Source: Ministeria vibrans ATCC 50519 (taxonomy: Eukaryota > Protista > Filasterea). From it: a DNA stretch of 64,000 nucleotides. The position numbers were made by a program, and so were the translations under genes. Within the stretch, counting starts at the first letter, position 1. Each line of letters opens with the position of its first letter. Positions 25,394 through 36,828 of this stretch are shown here, one piece after another. The stretch covers positions 23,777 to 87,776 of the forward strand of contig CALSCP010001993.1 in assembly GCA_943704425.1 (NCBI GenBank), in the 5' to 3' direction. Under the pieces are notes generated by a model that did no database searches, was not told the origin of the DNA, and was given only the letters and a program-made list of their open reading frames with translations.

Positions 25394-25491
25394 TGTGATG
25401 GCAAAGAAGAAATGAAGTGACTTGAGTCTTGACTGAGTTGAGTGAGTTGACTCAGTTTAGACTTTTAGTCACTTCTGTACTTCGTATGTCC
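25394..25491. promoter_or_regulatory. Very short bidirectional promoter region between NOP58 and RTRAF
   Basis: The divergent ATGs at 25393 and 25492 have 98 bp between them, containing clustered TGAGT/ACTCA/TGACT motifs. Confidence 0.6.
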
Positions 25492-26128
25492 ATCAAGAAT
25501 TCTTTTTTCAACCCTCAAACTGATCAAAGTGATCAACATAAATCTTTTCCAATGTCGGTTTATCAGCGAAAACTTGTGGCCTTGGGCTATGCTCGTGCAG
25601 ACGTATTTGACCCTGCCTCCGACGACGAGCTTTTTCGCTTGATTGTGTGGCTCGAAGATATGCGAATCCGCCATTACAAGGTCGAGGAGCGTGCGGGGCT
25701 GCGAGACGCTTCTGACAGTGCTGCTTGGGCATCGGCCTTTAATCAGGTGCGCATCAATGGAGTGGTGACCTTGCTACGCCGCGAAACTCTCCTGAATGTC
25801 GAAAATTGGCCGATGTGTTTCGTTGTGCAATCGTTTTAACCTTTCCAACGTCTCTCCTGGCAGTACCTCAAAGATCTCGGAGCGCCCATTGCCGCCGAGG
25901 ACACCTCCTCCATTCCGGCGGCCCGTGGCACCCTGACAGACTGGCTTTTAGGGTATGGAAGGAGTGATTCGTGCGAGTTTTTGTCTGATTTTGGACATTG
26001 GTAGCTATGCCATTCGCTTAGAGTACTCTGACAACGCCGAAAAGTACACCCACGTAGCACAACAAGGAAAAGAGACGGGTGAACCCCTTCCCATTGACTG
26101 TATGTTTGTTAAAATGAGTGTGTGTGTG

Positions 26129-26181
<53 letters not shown>

Positions 26182-26759
26182 TGTGTGGTGCATTTGTATA
26201 AGGATGCTTGTGTGTGTGTGTATGCGTATAAGAATGTGTATGTGTGTGTATGTGTGAGCGTATATATATGATAGCATATGTGTGCCAAGTTGTATACCAA
26301 GCGCCCTCATATTTTTTTTTGCCTTTTTCTCTTATCTCAGTTCATGGCGACGGTTTCAAGGCGGGTCTCGCCTCCATCCTTTCACAATTGAATCTCCCAA
26401 AACATCCCGACCCACTTCTTCTGCTACAGGCGGTTGCGACTTTTGTTGGGCACCGTCTCACACAGGACGCCATTGCAGCTGCGCGGGCCAGTGCTGACGA
26501 GGAAGAGGCGCGTCTGCGTGGCACCAAGGAACGCATGCAGAACACACAAGTAGCAACGGCATCGCTCAACCTGCACGAACAGCCCTTGGGCTTCACTACT
26601 GGCGATCGTACCCTTGACGACGCTGCCAAAATTCTGCGCCTTCTTCACATTGCCGAGCTTCGCGACTTACAAACGCGCATCAACGAAGTCATCGTATCGG
26701 TGCAATCGCTCACGGCTAATCCCAAGACGGACTCCAAGTTGGGCAAAACAGGGAGATGA
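25492..26759 (+). CDS. RTRAF: RNA transcription, translation and transport factor (CGI-99/C14orf166, tRNA-ligase complex)
   Basis: RKLVALGY; LIVWLEDMRIRHYKVEERAGLR; DWLLG-YAIRLEY; C-terminal RLLHIAELRDLQTRINEVIVSVQSLTANPKTDSKLGKTGR. Four exons. Confidence 0.92.
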
Positions 26760-26864
26760 ATATAATAAACGTAAAACGTTGGATTATCCCTATTCTGCTT
26801 AGTGGTTTGTGTGCTCGTCATTGATAATGAATAAATTACTTCTTCAATAATTCAATTATTTAGT

Positions 26865-29032
26865 ATGAAACGAACAAAGTCCAGCGACGCCGAGGAAGGC
26901 CCTTGCGAAGAGGCAGCGACGAAGAAGGCCAAAGGGGATGAAGAAGGTACAGCAAGCGCGTGGGGGAACGCGTCGCTTGACGGTTCTCTCTCTTCCCTCT
27001 CTCTCTGTCTCTCTCTTCCGCCCAGTTTGGTCGACCCCTGTCGAAAATGTCGCTGTCATGTCGTTTCGATCGCCCAAGGGGAGCGATGCGGTGCTGGCGG
27101 TCGATCTGGATGGCACTATCATCGAACCGGCGAGCGGCAAGAAGTGAGACTGAGCGCAAAAACCGTTTCACACACACACACACAAACACGTCTCACTGTG
27201 TAGGTTTGCGACGGGCGCCAACGACTGGAAGCTGCTCTCGCCGGATGTCCAGAAGAAAATACAGGCCCTGGTGCCTTCCACACAGCGACTTGTGATCATT
27301 TCTAATCAGCTTGGTAGTCAACGCGTAAGGATGTTATTTTAAAGCTGTCTCACGCCAATGCTTAGGGGTCTCCAAAGGCAAGAAGACGCTTGCCGAGCTC
27401 AAGACTATGGTAGGTGGCGTTGCACGTCGGTTGGGTGTTCCGATGCTATTCATTGCCGGTTAGAACACACATACACACTTGTGAGAGGAGACAGAGAGAG
27501 AGAGTGTGTGTGTACTAATGTGGACTCCTGTTTATATTTTAGCATTGGCGGAAGGAATTCACCGGAAACCAGCCATGGGAATGTTTGACTTGCTACAGGA
27601 CCAGCTCAACGACGGCATCAAGATTGATTGCGTAACAGCCATAGAAAATACCCTGGGCCAGTCAGTCACTAAAATTGTTTTTCTTTTTTGTACGAAGTCG
27701 AAGAGTGTCTACGTGGGCGATGCGGCTGGTCGCGCAGCCCAATGGGATGGGAACAAGAAGACCAAGAAGGACTTCTCTGACTCGGACCGCAAGTTTGCCA
27801 TCAACGCCGGTCTTCCCTTTCTCACGCCCGAAGAATTCTTTCACAACAAACCCAAAGCGCCGTACAAAGAAGGGGAATAATCAGTGCAACTCATTTAAAG
27901 TTTTTGTTCTTTTTCTCCAACTGTAGGTTTACTCTCTCTGGTGTGAATCCGCGTGATTTTTCGCGCAATGCGCCTCTTTTGTTCCCAGAGACAGCACAGC
28001 TTGAAAAAAGCACTCCAGAAGTACCCCACGAGAAAGTATACGAGACACTGACTCAGTGATTCCTTCCCCCTCTATTGGTACTCTTTGTGTGTGTGTGTGT
28101 GTGTGTGTGTGTTGTAGATGATTATGGTGGTGGGTCTGCCAGGGAGTGGCAAGGACACCTTCGCACGCAAGCACTTTCCCAGTAACACTTCACACAAGTA
28201 ACATACTCAATCCTCGCTCTCATGTTCTGTCTCTCTTTGTCTCTGTCTCTCTTTGGGGTTTAGGCTATTCTGTCGTCAACAGAGACACTCTCAAAACATG
28301 GCAAAAATGCATCAAAGAGAGCACGTCGCTTGTGGCTGAGGGGCGTTCCGTTGCAGTTACCAACACAGACGTCGATGTGGCCTCCCGCGCGCGCTACGTT
28401 GAAGTTGCTAGGAGCGCGAACATCCCCATTCGGTACGAGGTGATGGATAGAGAGATAAAGTGTGAGAGAAACATAAAGTGCTAGGATTGAGAGAGAGAGG
28501 GAGAGGAGAGGAGGGAGAAACAAAGTGATAGAGAGAGAGAAACAAAATGATAGAAACAAAGTGATAGAGAAAGAGAGACAAAGTGATTGAGAGAAAAACA
28601 AAGTGATAGAAACAAAGTGATAGAGAGCGAAGGAAATCGTGATAGAGAGCGAAGGAAATCAAATTGACTGAGGAGAGAGAGAAGCAATGCGACAGAGAAA
28701 CAAACTGATTTTATTGTTTGCAAAGGTGCTTTTACTTTCTGCCAAATTTGGAGCTGTCGAGACATCTTAATGCGGTGCGAATGAAGCAGGTGGCTGTGGG
28801 GGCAGCCCCCGCACATGACAAGGTTCCTGACATGGTCTTCTACTCCATGCGCAACAAGTGGACGGTCCCCACGACTGCAGAAGTACGGGTCAATGACACA
28901 CCCATAATAATTTTTTCTCTAATTGGTCCTCTGTCATAGGGCTTTTCTGAGATAGTGCGGGTTAATTTTGTGCCTTCCTTTGGTGGTCCTAGCGCAGCGC
29001 AAGATGAAAAGACGTTCAATGAACTCACTTGA
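26865..29032 (+). CDS. PNKP: Bifunctional polynucleotide 3'-phosphatase/5'-kinase, without an FHA domain
   Basis: HAD motif AVDLDGTII, ISNQ, RKPAMGM, YVGDAAGR and KDFSDSDRKFAIN. Kinase motifs VGLPGSGK, VNRDTL and SRARY. Many short introns; stop TGA at 29030-29032. Confidence 0.9.
28515..28660 (+). repeat. Intronic minisatellite, about 7 copies of AACAAAGTGATAGA(GA)n
   Basis: Directly visible in a PNKP intron; the same unit occurs inverted at about 63820-63945. Confidence 0.85.
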
Positions 29033-29177
29033 GACATCTCAACTGCACCGAATTTAGATGTAGCAGGTTGTTTTTGTTGTATTGAAAGTTGTAGGTGAAA
29101 GTGTGTGGTAAAATAAAACAGTAAAGTGCTCTGTAAAACTCGCAAATCACCCCTTATTACGTCAAGTGAGAGGGGTC

Positions 29178-31733
29178 TCAGAGTGAGAGTTCGGCGACGG
29201 GGGGAAGATCGCCTGATAAATACTTGGACCAGAAGGAGCCAAGTAGACGGTCGGCGTATGTCGTATAGTGACCCTCGTTGTTGGTAGAGCGCTGCAGAAT
29301 GCCGGTACGGGTGGACGAGGGAACAATGCTGTTGGCGACAATGGTGACGGCGACGTTGGTGTAAGGAATGCTCTCAGTGTTGGATCCTTCTGATGGTGCA
29401 ACTGGTGGTGGCGAGACTGCGGCGATGGCGCGGTAGCACTCGGCAGTGACGGCGGCACGGATGGGTGCAAGGCTCCAAGGGCGGCGTTGGTAGAGGGCAC
29501 GTACCGCGACGGTGTTGAGGTGAGAGGTGTCGCGTGTTTCCCACAAATGGTGCGAGAGAGGCGTCCAGGCCTCATCGACGACACATGCGCCAAAGGACGT
29601 ACAGGGAGCGTCAACAAACGAGCCGTTTCGTGCACCGCCCACCAACTCAATGGCGGCAATAGTTTGCGTGCCAAACATGTGACACACGGCAACCCACTCA
29701 TCGGTGCCCTTGGGCGAGGGCGTGCGTAACGTGGCGGTGGCTTGAGTGGCAGCGAGGTGCTCAGAGAGCTTGAGGTCGGATGTGGCATTCCACACCCAAC
29801 CACGCCAGACGTTGCGAACCACATGATCAAAAGGCGGGTCGGTGATGGGAAAGTCCATAAGCGGCTCGCTCGCGGCCGACTCCGAATCGTCTTCGGCAGA
29901 CTTGGCCTCGACTTCTGCTCCGACCTTTCTCAGTTCGTACTTGTGCCAAGCGGTCACGCGCAAGAGGAACCCTTGACGGCCCTCGCGCATGCCAAGGTTG
30001 TCGCGGCCCAGCGGATTCGAGCCACCGGTGAGTGTGTGTGAGCTAGCCTGGGCAATAAGCAGCGGGGCTGTAGTCACTGAGATGATGGCATCTGGACCAA
30101 AGACAACGCCAAAGCGACGCATGAGCTCGCTATCAGCGCCCATGCTGGTGCTGTCAAAGTAGCCAACCGACGAGAGCACACGGCTACGGTCAAAGAGCAA
30201 GCAAACAAAGCAGGGGGCAGCAATAATGACGCGCGGGTTGGGCAGCTTCGCCTCTGGGTCGAGGCGCACAAGGGGCACCGACACGGCCAAGGTGGAAGCG
30301 TTGCGTTCTGCTGCGTCCATCAGCTCGAGCACCTGCAACTCAAGGCTTTGTGGGTGACGCCAGTCGTCCCAGTCCTGGAAGGTGACAAAGCGGCCGCGCG
30401 CGTGCTTAAGCCCGAAATTTTTCGTGACGTAAGGGCCGGCGGAGTGACGGGTGCGCAGCAGGCGGAGTCGAGGGTCGCCGTATGTCTTGAGCTGCGCGTG
30501 GATTTCGTTGAAGCGTTCGTCGTCACTGCCATCGTCAATCACAATCAACTCAAGGTGTTTCCACGACTGTACAAGGATGGATCGGATGGCCATGTCCACG
30601 AGTGGCTGGGTGCCGCCGGTAACCATGAGCACGCTGATGAGTGGGTAGCGGTCGTCGTGCGCGACCTTGGCCATGGCTGCAGCGCTTGCGACGGCGCCTG
30701 TCAGACGCTCCGCGTGATGTTGCGTGTCGCCACCCTCAAGCTGTTGCGGCTCGTTCGACGGCGTGTAGACGGGCAACGAGTCGCTCACAACGCACTGGAT
30801 CGAGTGGATCTTGTCCGGTGGGCATTGCCAGTGGATGCCAGTGACATTGTTTGCAAGAAAGGCAACGGAAAGTGCTTTGATCATGGCCTCGCCACCGCCG
30901 TCCAGGTGTGCCTGGATGACGTTGGAGTGAAACCAGGGCACGTTGGACTGCTTGAGCCAGATTTTCAGTTGCTGTTGAGCCTGGTCGCGTCGCCCCAAAC
31001 GATAGAGCGACATGCTGTAGAGCTGACGCACGCCCAAAGCCGGCTGTTTGTCCATCAGTGCAATGGAGTGACCATGCTCGATGAGTTTGACAATTTCGGC
31101 GTCGTTGTCGCCCAGCAAGAGGATCATCGAGAGGAGAACTCGCGTGTTGCCGCATCGCCGGTCTCGCAAACATTTGCTGGCCCATTCCTTGGCGAGCTTG
31201 TCACAGCCCAGACGACTCAGCGAGGACACCATGGGAAGCACAAGCCTGCCTTTAACAGGCGAGCCGAGTCTCTTGAGCAGCTGCGCTTGGACAAGGCCGA
31301 CTGCGGCGATCACCTTGGCCTGGCCCTTTTCGCGTGCAAACGCCATCATGTTCTCGATGGTCTGGAGCATCCGCCACGAATTCGCCTGCTTGACTGCCCG
31401 AAGGAAGTCGTGAGCAATAAGGCTGGTGGCATCGTCGAATGGAAAGCGTCGCAGCATGCGTTCCGTCACTTTTTCCGGATATTCATGCCGTGACAGGCCT
31501 ATGCGCGCGATCGCCTCCTCGCCGCCACCGAATAAGATCGCCACGTCCTTTTCGCCAGGCCAGTTGCTACAGTTGCAGCCGCGATACGAATCAAGATCGG
31601 CCTCGTCCGATGCGTCTGGCAGCGTGACCGAACCGAGCGAAAAATAAGTGCTGACAAGCGATAAGGAAATTGCAAAGAGAACGAGCGCAAGAAGGGCGCG
31701 TCTGCGACGACGAGCACCATGAAAAAACGTCAT
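29178..31733 (-). CDS. Type II membrane GT2-family glycosyltransferase, intronless (851 aa)
   Basis: Basic cytosolic tail (RRRRR) followed by a TM helix. GT-A motifs PLISVLM, SILVQSWKHLELIVIDDGS, GPYVTKNFGLKHARGRFVTFQDWDDW and VGYFDSTSMGADSE. Confidence 0.88.
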   Translation of the reverse strand: MTFFHGARRRRRALLALVLFAISLSLVSTYFSLGSVTLPDASDEADLDSYRGCNCSNWPGEKDVAILFGGGEEAIARIGLSRHEYPEKVTERMLRRFPFDDATSLIAHDFLRAVKQANSWRMLQTIENMMAFAREKGQAKVIAAVGLVQAQLLKRLGSPVKGRLVLPMVSSLSRLGCDKLAKEWASKCLRDRRCGNTRVLLSMILLLGDNDAEIVKLIEHGHSIALMDKQPALGVRQLYSMSLYRLGRRDQAQQQLKIWLKQSNVPWFHSNVIQAHLDGGGEAMIKALSVAFLANNVTGIHWQCPPDKIHSIQCVVSDSLPVYTPSNEPQQLEGGDTQHHAERLTGAVASAAAMAKVAHDDRYPLISVLMVTGGTQPLVDMAIRSILVQSWKHLELIVIDDGSDDERFNEIHAQLKTYGDPRLRLLRTRHSAGPYVTKNFGLKHARGRFVTFQDWDDWRHPQSLELQVLELMDAAERNASTLAVSVPLVRLDPEAKLPNPRVIIAAPCFVCLLFDRSRVLSSVGYFDSTSMGADSELMRRFGVVFGPDAIISVTTAPLLIAQASSHTLTGGSNPLGRDNLGMREGRQGFLLRVTAWHKYELRKVGAEVEAKSAEDDSESAASEPLMDFPITDPPFDHVVRNVWRGWVWNATSDLKLSEHLAATQATATLRTPSPKGTDEWVAVCHMFGTQTIAAIELVGGARNGSFVDAPCTSFGACVVDEAWTPLSHHLWETRDTSHLNTVAVRALYQRRPWSLAPIRAAVTAECYRAIAAVSPPPVAPSEGSNTESIPYTNVAVTIVANSIVPSSTRTGILQRSTNNEGHYTTYADRLLGSFWSKYLSGDLPPVAELSL

Positions 31734-32309
31734 GGGGTCACTGGAGCGGAAGAGAGGGCGATAACAATGCGAGCGGACCCAAAGCGGTCGCTTCCCGTTT
31801 TATCCTGTTTTTTCTTTCTCTCTCTTGCGCTTCCAATTCCACTCTTCTCAACCTTTCTCCCAATCTGCAGCACACCGAAAAGGCAAACACTACAGCTTGA
31901 GAGACGGTGGCAAGCGAGCAAAACACTGGTGACTGATGACTGATGCGTGATCCGCAAACTGAAACTAATGTTGAGCAAATTTCCAGACACGCACCGTTCC
32001 ATATAAATACAATATTTTTTTTCTTCCGTCCTGATTGAGATAAGAATATGTGAAATATTTTTAACGACTCAGCTGTCGCATGCCTTTACTGTCTGGCCAT
32101 TCAAGTAAATCAAGCCGGAACCAAGCCGCCTCCTGTTAATTCGTGGCCTTTGCCAATTCGTGAACATCAAAAAGATCTCGAAAAGTCTGTGCTGCTCTCG
32201 TTTGTCTTCGCGACGGCACGTCTTCCAGCCAACTCCCAACGCGCGACCAAGCGGCAAGCTGACCTTGCTGACACTACACTATATATAAGACGTACTGCGT
32301 GAAAGAACC

Positions 32310-32660
32310 CGCAAATTAAGTGAGTGTTAGGTCAAGGGCGCCTTGTCTTCGGACTACTGGGCCGACAGCGTCGACGGCGGAAAGCCTTGCCAACTTGGAG
32401 ATGGCGGCCTCTTGCCGAGAGCCTGGAGTGGGCGGATGTCGTGGCGATTGGTCCCNNNNNNNNNNGGGGGGGGAGGGGGGGGGCGAAGGAACTACTGAAC
32501 GGTGCGACGCTTTCACCATCTCTTCAGCACTCGGCACTTGACGGGCGAGCATACGACAGCAGTCACAGCACGGGGAATCGTCGCGAACACCACCTCGAGT
32601 ATTGTGAGCCCGATTATAGCATTCCTTCGGCGATGCTGTGTGTGAGTGAGTACAGTCTGT
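32310..32660 (+). ncRNA. Candidate structured non-coding RNA of unknown family
   Basis: TATATATAA at 32280-32288. Hairpins GUC-UUCG-GAC (32345-32354), GGC-GGAAA-GCC (32376-32386) and AUAGCAU..cUUCGg..AUGCUGU (32616-32639). GC-rich island with no convincing ORF, bounded by AT-rich DNA. Confidence 0.45.
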
Positions 32661-32828
32661 GTATTTCATATTAAAACAATAATAATTATAATAATATTAC
32701 TATTATTATTATTTTTGCTTCTTATTATTATTGCATAAAAACAAGATAAAAATTGTTTACCGTGACTCTCTCTCTCTGACACTATTTATCCTCTCCGCAC
32801 TCCACAGTTTCTCTCGTTGTCTTTTCTT

Positions 32829-34740
32829 TCAACTCTGCTGGCACTGCACACCGCCGCCGCCGTGACCCTCCTCATCTTCGTCGCTGTCGTGTCCGTGAGC
32901 ACCCGTGCGTCGTCGGCTCATACTGTCCTCGTAGGGTGACAGGTCGAACTCTTCGGTAGCATCGGCATCGTAATCGGGCAGGGAAGGGGCCGGAGGAAGG
33001 ATTTCGCGAAGCTTGGCGTACACGTCGGCCGAGCCAAAGGAGTCCTGAGGGTAGTTCACCTTGAAGGTGATAAGGAGGTGGCCCTTGGACTGGGGATCCT
33101 TGTAGTGCGGCATGCCCTCGTTGAGAACAACCTTGGTGCTGCCATCCTTGACAACGTCACCCTCGTGTAACGTGATAAGCAACTCGCGACCGTCGAGGTG
33201 CTTGACAATGCGCTGGAAGCCACAGAGTGCCTCGACCAGCTCGATTTCCATCTCCATGTGAAGGTTGTCGCGCTCGCGACGGAACACCGGGTGATCCTTC
33301 TGGTCAAGCACAATAATAACGTCGCCAGGGGTGACACCGGGCGTCTGGTCGCCCTCGCCACGAAACGTGACCTTTTGCTCGTGCATCATGCCCTTCTCGA
33401 CAAACACCTCGAGCACCTTGCGCTCCGTCGTCACCTTCTTGCCACTGCACTTCTTGCAACGATCCTTCTCCGACACAATCTCGCCCTCGCCGCCGCATGT
33501 GCTGCACGCTTGCTGAATTTGCTGCACCATGCCGGGACCAATCTGTCGGAGCTTCATCACGACGCCGCGGCCGTCGCACGCCTTGCAGTGCGTTACGCTA
33601 CCCTTCTTGCCTCCGATTCCATCACAGCCGCTACACAACACTGACTTTTGCAGTGCCAACTTGGACGTCTTGCCATTGTAGAGATCCTCAAGAGACACCT
33701 TGAGCGCGTGCGCCACATCACGTCCACGTCGCTCTCGTGGCGGTCCTCTCCCACCACCGCCACCGCCAAACAACCCTCCTCCAAACATTTGCGAGAAAAT
33801 GTCCTCGGCACTGTGTCCTCCACCGCCCTCTTTCAAGCCTGGTCAACAAAAGAAAAAAAAAAAACATCAAACACACTCGTTAAGATGGCAGAGAGTTTTC
33901 AATAGTACGCCTTACCCTGTTCGCCGTAACGGTCGTAGACTTCTCGCTTGTGCTCGTCTGACAGAATCTCATAAGCATTGGAAACTTCCTTGAACTACAA
34001 CAAGACGACGAGAGAGATAGAGAGAGAGGTGAGAAAGGGGAGACTGTGAATGGGTCGACTCATCAAACCCAAAAAAAAAAAAAGGAAAAGAATTGACACA
34101 GACGAAAAGTGCAGTGCACTATTCCAAGCGTGTGCTGCGAGAGATCGTGGAAGGGAATCACAATACACACATGCACTGAAGGTGGGTGCTGGCGAAGTTG
34201 CACGGACCGCATTGGAAGGCGCAGGAGAGTGCGTGGACGCGTCGCGAACCTTTTTTTTTTTTTTTTTTTTTTTGGGCACACATTCGCTGCGCTTTAAGGC
34301 ACATGCGGCCGTTGCGAGCGCAGTTGTCAGTCATATAGACTAGAAGAACACCCACACATGTACAGGGCGCGTTGAAAACAACTCGGCACGTCCCTGGTGC
34401 GTTTCCACGAGGATGAAACAGACGACGATAAAAAAAAAAAATCGACACGGGGAGGAGAGAGCAGTCACGAACAATCGCGCGTGAATGGCCAAGAAGGGAC
34501 AATTTCGACGAGAAAGAGAGACAAAGAGAGAGAGAGACAGGGCGGTCAACGTCCTCTGCAGCCCCCCAGGGCGCGGGGCGGGGACAGCAGGGCGGCGGCG
34601 TCGCTCACCTTGTCACCAGCGTCGGGGTTCTTGTCAGGGTGGTATTTCAACGCCAGCTTGCGGTACGCTTTTTTCAGGGTGGCTGCGTCCGCGCTGGGAT
34701 CGACGCCAAGGATGTCGTACAGACCTGTTTCTTTCACCAT
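32829..34740 (-). CDS. DNAJA1: Class A J-domain co-chaperone (DNAJA1/DNAJA2/Ydj1 type)
   Basis: [13 protein letters not shown]...YHPDKNP, G/F region, four CxxCxGxG-type zinc motifs and C-terminal CaaX VQCQQS. Three exons. Confidence 0.92.
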
Positions 34741-35229
34741 GTTACAAAAAAGAAAATTTAATTGTGAATATTTTTTCCAATAATAATTTTGGTTGAGTGA
34801 ACCACTTTTCTTAAATTGTGTCTCTGTTGACTCACATATTGCTGACACAGGACCATTTAATAAAAATAAACTTGCCATTCATCATTATTTATCGAGTATT
34901 GACCGCAGACATGTACATGAGACAGCAGACTCACTCAGGCGCAAACTGAATTTCTCAATTTGAGCATTGTTGTTGAATACGTTTAAAACATACACTGATC
35001 AATTTATTATAATAATTATTATATCATTAATAAATGGGTTGTATTCTTCTTCTTCTAATAATAATTATTATTATTAGACAAAGAAGAAGAAGTATAATAA
35101 AAGACATTATTAATAATATTGATATTAATACTAAATTATTACTATAATAATAATAATATTTATGCATAATTTGACGGCGTGATATCTGCGAGACAATATT
35201 GTATTGTTATTGACTTAATGTGATTATGA

Positions 35230-36828
35230 TTAGACCGCCTCTTTCACGGAGGCAACTCCCATCAAGGCTGTGTACTGCAGGCGAGCATCTGCATCAGACG
35301 ACGCAACGTGCACAGCATCCGATGGAGCAATCAGCGCAGACACGTCGTTTGTGCTGTGCGCCAAAAGTACACAAAGCGGAGATTCTAAAAAGCTTCATTA
35401 AATAATCTTTGTCCTCATTAAAATATAGTATCGCAATTAGTACCATTTAAGGTCAGGTACGAGTGAAACTTTGTTGAATCGTCACCAATGAGACGAATGA
35501 CATCTTCCGCTTTCATAGGAATCTAATAACAAGCAAGATTAACACAATAAAGAAAAGAGGTCATCGTCGAAAACCTGTTTTGTTGCGCCAATTGAAAGCG
35601 AGTTTTCCCGCACCAGAGACATTACTCGATGAATTTCCGACTCACCTCCAAACACAACGACAAAGGAACACTACAATATATACAACAACAAAAATATAGA
35701 ATAATAAGAAAGGTAACTATTATTGTGATCATCCGAACCGGTGTGAGATGCGCAGCGTCATCTGCAGTGCGCGTGAGAGGCACCAGAGACGCCTCAGCGC
35801 CGACTGCCACTGGTTCATGATAATCCTGAGGTATCTCAGCGTCACTGCGAGACGACTGTACGTGTAACGCTTCACAGAGAGCACCGCAAATAGCGCTCTA
35901 GTAGGGATATATATATATTAATCTATTTTTCTGGGCGAGGAAGTGTCTTTGAAGTGTCTTTTGGCTGTTACTTGAGTGCTAAGCGTATAGTGAGATTCGC
36001 CGTTCACTTTGGTAAAGTCGTGAATGCGCGACCAGTCGTTGTTGAACACAGTAATATCCGCGTGTGCCAAGTGTTCTGAGAGTGCAATATGTAAATCGAT
36101 AGATATCAACAATAATAATAAGAAGAAGAAGAATACAACCCATTTACAATGTAATAATAATTATTATTGTAATTATACCTTTAAAGTGAGGATAGGACGC
36201 TTGAAGACAGGCAAATTGCATGTCATGGCTGGACTCAATGATGGGTTGTGTGGCACACAGAAGCGATGTCGAAAAGTTGTTGCAGTTGCGTGATCTAAAA
36301 TATTATAAAAGGACAAAAATCAGAAACGATAATGATTAATAGGTATAACAGAAGTGAAAAGTCAATAGAGAATGATATTTATATCATGTTAGATATCGAT
36401 GATCATGATTATATTTTTCACAACCTGAACTGTTGACAGGCAATGAGAGCTTCACATTCGCGGCAGTCGCGGAAGAATACGCTTGCACGGACTGCCCCGA
36501 AGAAGAAGCGACACTGAACACAGTCATCAATGGTAATTGAGTCGCTGTAGTCGAGCAGGATCACGACACAGTTCTACACAAGACACAAATAGCGAATGGG
36601 CGTCACTCAACGTCAACATTTTTTTTTCTTTACCTGACAGTTTTCAATCACAAAATTGTTGCCGTTTAGACTTCCAGGGGTTCTCACAATAACCTGGTCT
36701 TGCTGGTTGGCCACGGTGAACAGGGAGGCGTCCACTTTGGTCCGTTTGTCCCAGGAATAGCCATCAGGAGATGTCGCTGCAGTCTCATTGGAATTTGCGT
36801 TAAGTTTCTTCGAAAACAGTCCTCCCAT
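35230..36828 (-). CDS. RP2: RP2/XRP2 (TBCC-domain ARL3 GAP, ciliary trafficking)
   Basis: MGGLFSK myristoylation start, YSWDKR, ITIDDCVQCRFFFG, FFRDCREC, ACQQFR (arginine finger), CATQPIIES and VFNNDWSRIHDFT. Multi-exon; stop at 35230-35232. Confidence 0.9.

Noticed and set aside
32310-32660. Assignment of the structured element to RNase P/MRP, U3, SRP, a spliceosomal snRNA or telomerase RNA
   Set aside because: The required conserved motifs (P4 CR-I/CR-V pair, U3 boxes, SRP helix 8, Sm site, telomere template) could not be found by eye, so it is left unassigned.
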